In this document: positions 60,289 to 64,000 of the stretch, piece after piece
Position numbering within the stretch: the stretch's first letter is position 1
Layout of the letters: each line of letters starts with the position of its first letter
From: an uncultured Solirubrobacterales bacterium
GTDB taxonomy: Bacteria; Actinomycetota; Thermoleophilia; Solirubrobacterales; Solirubrobacteraceae
Direction of reading: 5' to 3'
NCBI GenBank assembly: GCA_963703135.1
Contig: OY969791.1
Location: 46,954 to 110,953 of the forward strand
Length of the DNA stretch: 64,000 nucleotides
Program-made: the position numbers and the translations under genes
Notes under the pieces: generated by a model
The model's database searches: none
Told to the model about the DNA's origin: nothing
The model's input: only the letters and a program-made list of their open reading frames with translations

Positions 60289-61725
60289 CTAGTGTGCGCG
60301 CCTTTGCACGAACGCCGAGGCCTGCTCGCGACTCTCCACAACGCCCGCGTACTGGGCGCACGCGAGCTCCTCCAATAGCTCGCCCACACGCGGACCCGGA
60401 GCGATCCGCAAGAGCGCCGCCACCTCGTCGCCGCGCAACAGCGGTTTGGGAGGGCCGTCCGAGCGCCACCGCAGCGCGTCGTCGAGCATCGACCGAGCCA
60501 AGGCCACGTGGGATTCGATCGCCTGCTCGGACTTGGCTCCGCGCGTGGCCAGCCGATCGCACACCGACAGCAGCGTCACGTCCACCTCGACTGGATCGCA
60601 CGCGCGCAGATAGGCATAGACGCTCGTGCGGGCCAACGGCTGGGGCTCGTGCACGAGAAAGCCAAGACGCAGGTGATGGCGAACGAGAGCCGCCACGTGT
60701 TCGCGCAAACGCACGCTCGTCCGCAGGCGCGCCAGCACCTCGCGCGCCAGGTCGGCCCCTTGGGCATCGTGTCCGATGAAGGTCACACGGCGGTCGAACG
60801 GGCGCACGGCCCTGGTGGCCGGCTTGGCGGCATCGTGCAGCAGCGCCCCCCAGCGCAGGGCCTCGCCGCGAGTCATCTCATCGGCGAGGGGCTCGGAGAG
60901 CAGGGCGAGCACCGGCTCTCGACGCTCGCCCCCGAGCGCGGCGCCCGGCTCCGAGAGCTCCCAGCCCCGGGCCGTCGTGAGCGCGATCGCGCGCTCGAAC
61001 ACCTCCAGCGTGTGCCCATACACGTCGCGATGGTGAAAGCGGCTCTGCTCGACCTCGCGCATCGCCTCGAGCTCGGGCAGCACCAAGGCGCTCGCGCCCA
61101 GCCGGCTCATCGACTCGAGCCCCTCCAGTGCGCCCGGGGAGGCAACGATTCGTCGCAGCTCCAGAAATATCCGCTCGGGAGAAACCTCGCCGAGGCGACG
61201 TGCCTGCTCGCGCGCGGCGGCGAGCGTCTGCGGGTCGGCCGTGAGATCGAGCTCGGCGATCACCCGCACCAGGCGCAGCACCCGCAGCGGATCTTCCGCG
61301 AAAGCCGCAGGGCCGGCACAGCGCAGGCGTCCGGCCCGTAGGTCGGCGAGCCCTCCGAGCGGGTCGATCGGATCCCCTCCGCCCAAGGGCTCGGCGATCG
61401 CGTTGATCGTGAAGTCCCTCAATGCCAGGTCCGCCTCCAGCGAGCCGCCGCGCATGCCCTCCACATCGATCTGCCAGGCGCCGCCACGCGCGACCACGCG
61501 CCAAGCTCCAAACTCCTCGGACAGCGGAAAGCAGGCGGCCCCGGGACCAACCCGCTTGGCCTGCCTGGCGATCGCGCGCGCGGCCCCGGCCGGGTCGCCG
61601 TCGATCACCACATCCAGATCGACGACTGGACGGCCGAGCACGCGATCGCGCACGGCGCCACCCACGATCCAGGCTCGCTGATCGCCAAGCGCGGCGACGA
61701 CGATCTCCAGCGCCTCGGCGCTCAT
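60289..61725 (-). CDS. cca: CCA-adding enzyme / poly(A) polymerase-family tRNA nucleotidyltransferase with an HD domain
   Basis: AWIVGGAVRDRVLGRPVVDLDVV..DFTINAIA..HHRDVYGHTLEV..LLHDAAKP. The ATG at 61725 overlaps the alr stop (ATGA). Confidence 0.88.
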   Translation of the reverse strand: MSAEALEIVVAALGDQRAWIVGGAVRDRVLGRPVVDLDVVIDGDPAGAARAIARQAKRVGPGAACFPLSEEFGAWRVVARGGAWQIDVEGMRGGSLEADLALRDFTINAIAEPLGGGDPIDPLGGLADLRAGRLRCAGPAAFAEDPLRVLRLVRVIAELDLTADPQTLAAAREQARRLGEVSPERIFLELRRIVASPGALEGLESMSRLGASALVLPELEAMREVEQSRFHHRDVYGHTLEVFERAIALTTARGWELSEPGAALGGERREPVLALLSEPLADEMTRGEALRWGALLHDAAKPATRAVRPFDRRVTFIGHDAQGADLAREVLARLRTSVRLREHVAALVRHHLRLGFLVHEPQPLARTSVYAYLRACDPVEVDVTLLSVCDRLATRGAKSEQAIESHVALARSMLDDALRWRSDGPPKPLLRGDEVAALLRIAPGPRVGELLEELACAQYAGVVESREQASAFVQRRAH

Positions 61726-62978
61726 CGATCTTGAGTGACGGGATGACCGGCCCGTTTGTCGACGGGATCGGCGTCCCGGTCCCCGAGGGGACGGCCGGCG
61801 CGATTGCCGGCGGGATCGCCGTCGCGGTGATAGACGCGCGGCACCCGCGCGGTCAGGGCACACGTGACCTCATAGTTGATCGTGCCGATCCTTCGCGCCA
61901 GCTCCTCGGCGGTCACTCGCTGCTCTCCACGCACCCCGATCAAGACGGCCTCCTGGCCGCGAAGCTCGCCCGGATCCGCGGCTCCGGCCAGATCGACCGT
62001 CAGGTTGTCCATGCTCACCGTCCCCACGATCGGCGCTCGGCGACCGCCGATCAGCACCTCGGCGTTGTCGGAGAAAGCGCGACGCCAACCGTCGCCATAG
62101 CCGATCGGCAGCACTCCTAGCATCGTGTCGCGCTCGGCGACGAAGCGCCGTCCGTATCCGGCGCTCTGCCCTCGCGCACACCGCTTGACCTCGGCGACAT
62201 AAGAGGCCAGCTCGAGCGCCGGCTCTAGCCCCGCGGAGTCGGGATCGCGACCGAAGGGATCCATCCCATAGACGGCTATGCCGCAGCGCACCATGTCGAA
62301 GTGGGCTCGCTTCTCGCGCAACACCGCCGCGCTGTTGGCGCCGTGGACGAGGACGTGGGGATGGGCCGCCTTGACCTCTCGGGCCCACGCAGCGAACAGG
62401 TCGAGCTGCTCCTCGAAGAAGGGGTCCTCGCGATCGTCGGCGGTGGCGAAATGAGTCATCGCACCGATCAGCTCCACGCCCACCGCGCTCGCTGCCGCCG
62501 CGACCGTGCGCGAGGCCTGCGCGGGATCGCGCGTGCCAAGCCGCCCCATGCCGCTGTCGAGCTTCACATGCACCTTGCCCCCGCCCGCCCTGGCAAGCGC
62601 ATCCACATCCTGCTCGCGCCACACCACGACCTCGGCGTCCACCCGCACCGCTTCGGCCAGCTCAACCGGGCTCAAGGCTCCCATCACGAGAATCGGGACG
62701 TCGCGAAAGCCGGCCTCGCGCAACTCGACGGCCTCGCGAGCACCGGCCACGGCCAGCCGAGTGGCGCCGCCCGCCAGCGCAGCGGCGGCGCTTGCAGCGG
62801 CGCCGTGCCCGTATCCGTCGGCCTTGACGACCGCACACAGCTGAGATCCCTCCCCCAGCTCGGCTCGCAGACGAGCGCAATTGCGCTCGATCGCGGCCAG
62901 GTTCACGCGAGCGAGGGCCCTACGCGCGCTCACGCCGACTCCGCTCACGCCGACCCCGCTCGTGCCCATCTCACTCAC
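61722..62978 (-). CDS. alr: Alanine racemase
   Basis: ARVNLAAIERNCARL..LCAVVKADGYGHGA (PLP Lys)..GYGDGW..VSMD. The exact start is uncertain (62978 or 62969). Confidence 0.93.
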   Translation of the reverse strand: MSEMGTSGVGVSGVGVSARRALARVNLAAIERNCARLRAELGEGSQLCAVVKADGYGHGAAASAAAALAGGATRLAVAGAREAVELREAGFRDVPILVMGALSPVELAEAVRVDAEVVVWREQDVDALARAGGGKVHVKLDSGMGRLGTRDPAQASRTVAAAASAVGVELIGAMTHFATADDREDPFFEEQLDLFAAWAREVKAAHPHVLVHGANSAAVLREKRAHFDMVRCGIAVYGMDPFGRDPDSAGLEPALELASYVAEVKRCARGQSAGYGRRFVAERDTMLGVLPIGYGDGWRRAFSDNAEVLIGGRRAPIVGTVSMDNLTVDLAGAADPGELRGQEAVLIGVRGEQRVTAEELARRIGTINYEVTCALTARVPRVYHRDGDPAGNRAGRPLGDRDADPVDKRAGHPVTQDR

Positions 62979-63024
62979 GCCCCGCCTGGCCCATGCGCGT
63001 CCGGCCGGTAGTTGGCTGCGCCGG

Positions 63025-64000
63025 TCATGACGGCAACCGCCGAGCCGCCGGCAAAGCCGCGATCACGTCCGTCGCGATCACGCCGTCGGGCGAGCCCTGA
63101 CGACGCGCTGCCTCGCGTCCGGCCTCGGCGTGCAGATAGGCGCCGCATGCCGCCGCCTCGAACGCATCGAGGCCTTGGGCAAGCAGCGCGGAGATCGTGC
63201 CCGAGAGGACGTCGCCGGTGCCGGCACTCGCCAGGGCGGGACTCGCTCCTGGGTTGACCGCGACCCGACCGTCGGGCGCCGCCACGAGCGTGTCATCGCC
63301 CTTGAGCAGGACCACCGCGCCGGCCTGTTGGGCCGCCGCGCGAACGTGAAGCAGGCGTGCCCGCTCGACCTCCTCGGAGTCGAGTCCCAACAGGCGCCCC
63401 AGCTCGCCCGCGTGGGGTGTGAGCACAGTGGCTGCGCGACGGCCTGCCAGCTCGCCGATGTGTCCCGCATGGGCGTTCAAACCGTCGGCGTCGAGCACCA
63501 TCGGGATCTCGGCCTCGCCCGCAAGGGCGCGCGCGAGCGCGGCCGCGCCCGGCTCGCGTCCCAGGCCGGGACCGAGCGCGAGCGCATGGGCGCGACCCAG
63601 CGCGTCCACAGCCCTGTCGAGGCCGTCCGGGAGCAGCGAGCCGTCTCGGTCCTCCAACCCGAGGGTCATGACCTCCATCAGCTGCACGTCGAGGATCTCC
63701 GCCAAGCTGCCTGGAACGCAGGCGGTGACATATCCCGCGCCGGCCCTCATGCAGGCAAGCGAGGCCATCGCCGGGGCGCCCATCAGGCCCCGCGAGCCGC
63801 CAAGCACGACCACGTGGCCACTGGTGAACTTGGTCGAGGCGGCGCCCCTGCTCGGCAAGAGGGCAAGCACATTCGCTCCGATCAGCCCGATGTCAGTCTG
63901 TAGCGGCGCGCCGCGCGGAATGCCGATGTCGATGACGAGCGTCTCTCCCGCATGGCGCTTGCCCGGATGCACCCACAGCCCGGGCTTGGCCGTGTGGAAG
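63025..64000 (-). CDS. nnr: ADP-dependent NAD(P)H-hydrate dehydratase domain (probably bifunctional Nnr; N-terminus beyond the window end)
   Basis: SGHVVVLGGSRGLMGAPAMASLACMRAGAGYV..VLDADGLN..LTPHAGELGRLL..VLLKGDDTLVA..GTGDVLSG. The frame stays open to the window edge. Confidence 0.88.
   Translation of the reverse strand, partial: FHTAKPGLWVHPGKRHAGETLVIDIGIPRGAPLQTDIGLIGANVLALLPSRGAASTKFTSGHVVVLGGSRGLMGAPAMASLACMRAGAGYVTACVPGSLAEILDVQLMEVMTLGLEDRDGSLLPDGLDRAVDALGRAHALALGPGLGREPGAAALARALAGEAEIPMVLDADGLNAHAGHIGELAGRRAATVLTPHAGELGRLLGLDSEEVERARLLHVRAAAQQAGAVVLLKGDDTLVAAPDGRVAVNPGASPALASAGTGDVLSGTISALLAQGLDAFEAAACGAYLHAEAGREAARRQGSPDGVIATDVIAALPAARRLPS

Noticed and set aside
62921-62960. 15-bp direct duplication (CTCACGCCGAC[T/C]CCG x2) at the alr 5' end, encoding GVGVSGVGVS
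   Set aside because: There are only two imperfect copies in a region where the true alr start is uncertain. It may lie in the 5' leader, and there is too little to support a separate feature.

Overview
High-GC (about 68-70%) chromosomal window with actinobacterial gene content and style: many GTG/TTG starts and 4-nt stop/start overlaps. It may be Thermoleophilia/Rubrobacteria-like, but I cannot prove that from this sequence. I support about 65 protein genes, one tRNA-Pro(UGG) and one cobalamin riboswitch. I see no rRNA, CRISPR array, IS element, integrase or prophage.

Layout:
- 1-7.6 kb: housekeeping genes folP, glpD, a secreted S1 protease, pntAA-pntAB-pntB and a PduO-type adenosyltransferase.
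- 7.6-15.2 kb, minus strand: a cobalamin-riboswitch-led ECF-type importer operon. It has two secreted DUF4430-like proteins and an S component fused to an extracytoplasmic alpha/alpha-toroid domain.
- 16.5-26.1 kb, minus strand: an orphan Gram-positive-type type IV secretion module in ConB-ConC-ConD-ConE-ConG-CwlT order. It is headed by a sigma-70-family gene, and no coupling protein, relaxase or integrase is present in the window.
- 26-33 kb: yihY, lon, hxlR, an MFS exporter, a wHTH protein, and a vapBC pair next to tRNA-Pro.
- 33-46.6 kb: housekeeping and beta-oxidation genes (DUF1015, OsmC, Nudix, rhodanese, glyQS, acyl-CoA dehydrogenase, 3-hydroxyacyl-CoA dehydrogenase, trxB, a lipid-modification pair, enoyl-CoA hydratase).
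- 46.7-56.9 kb: two adjacent heme-copper oxidase loci with unusual accessory genes (a tandem USP-like protein, 36-aa micro-ORFs, a cytochrome c-cupredoxin fusion).
- 56.9-64 kb: GT4, small secreted proteins, HIT, cca, alr, nnr.

Most long ORFs in the six-frame track that overlap these genes in other frames or strands are high-GC artefacts. All family assignments come from motif reading only. No HMM, BLAST or covariance search could be run.
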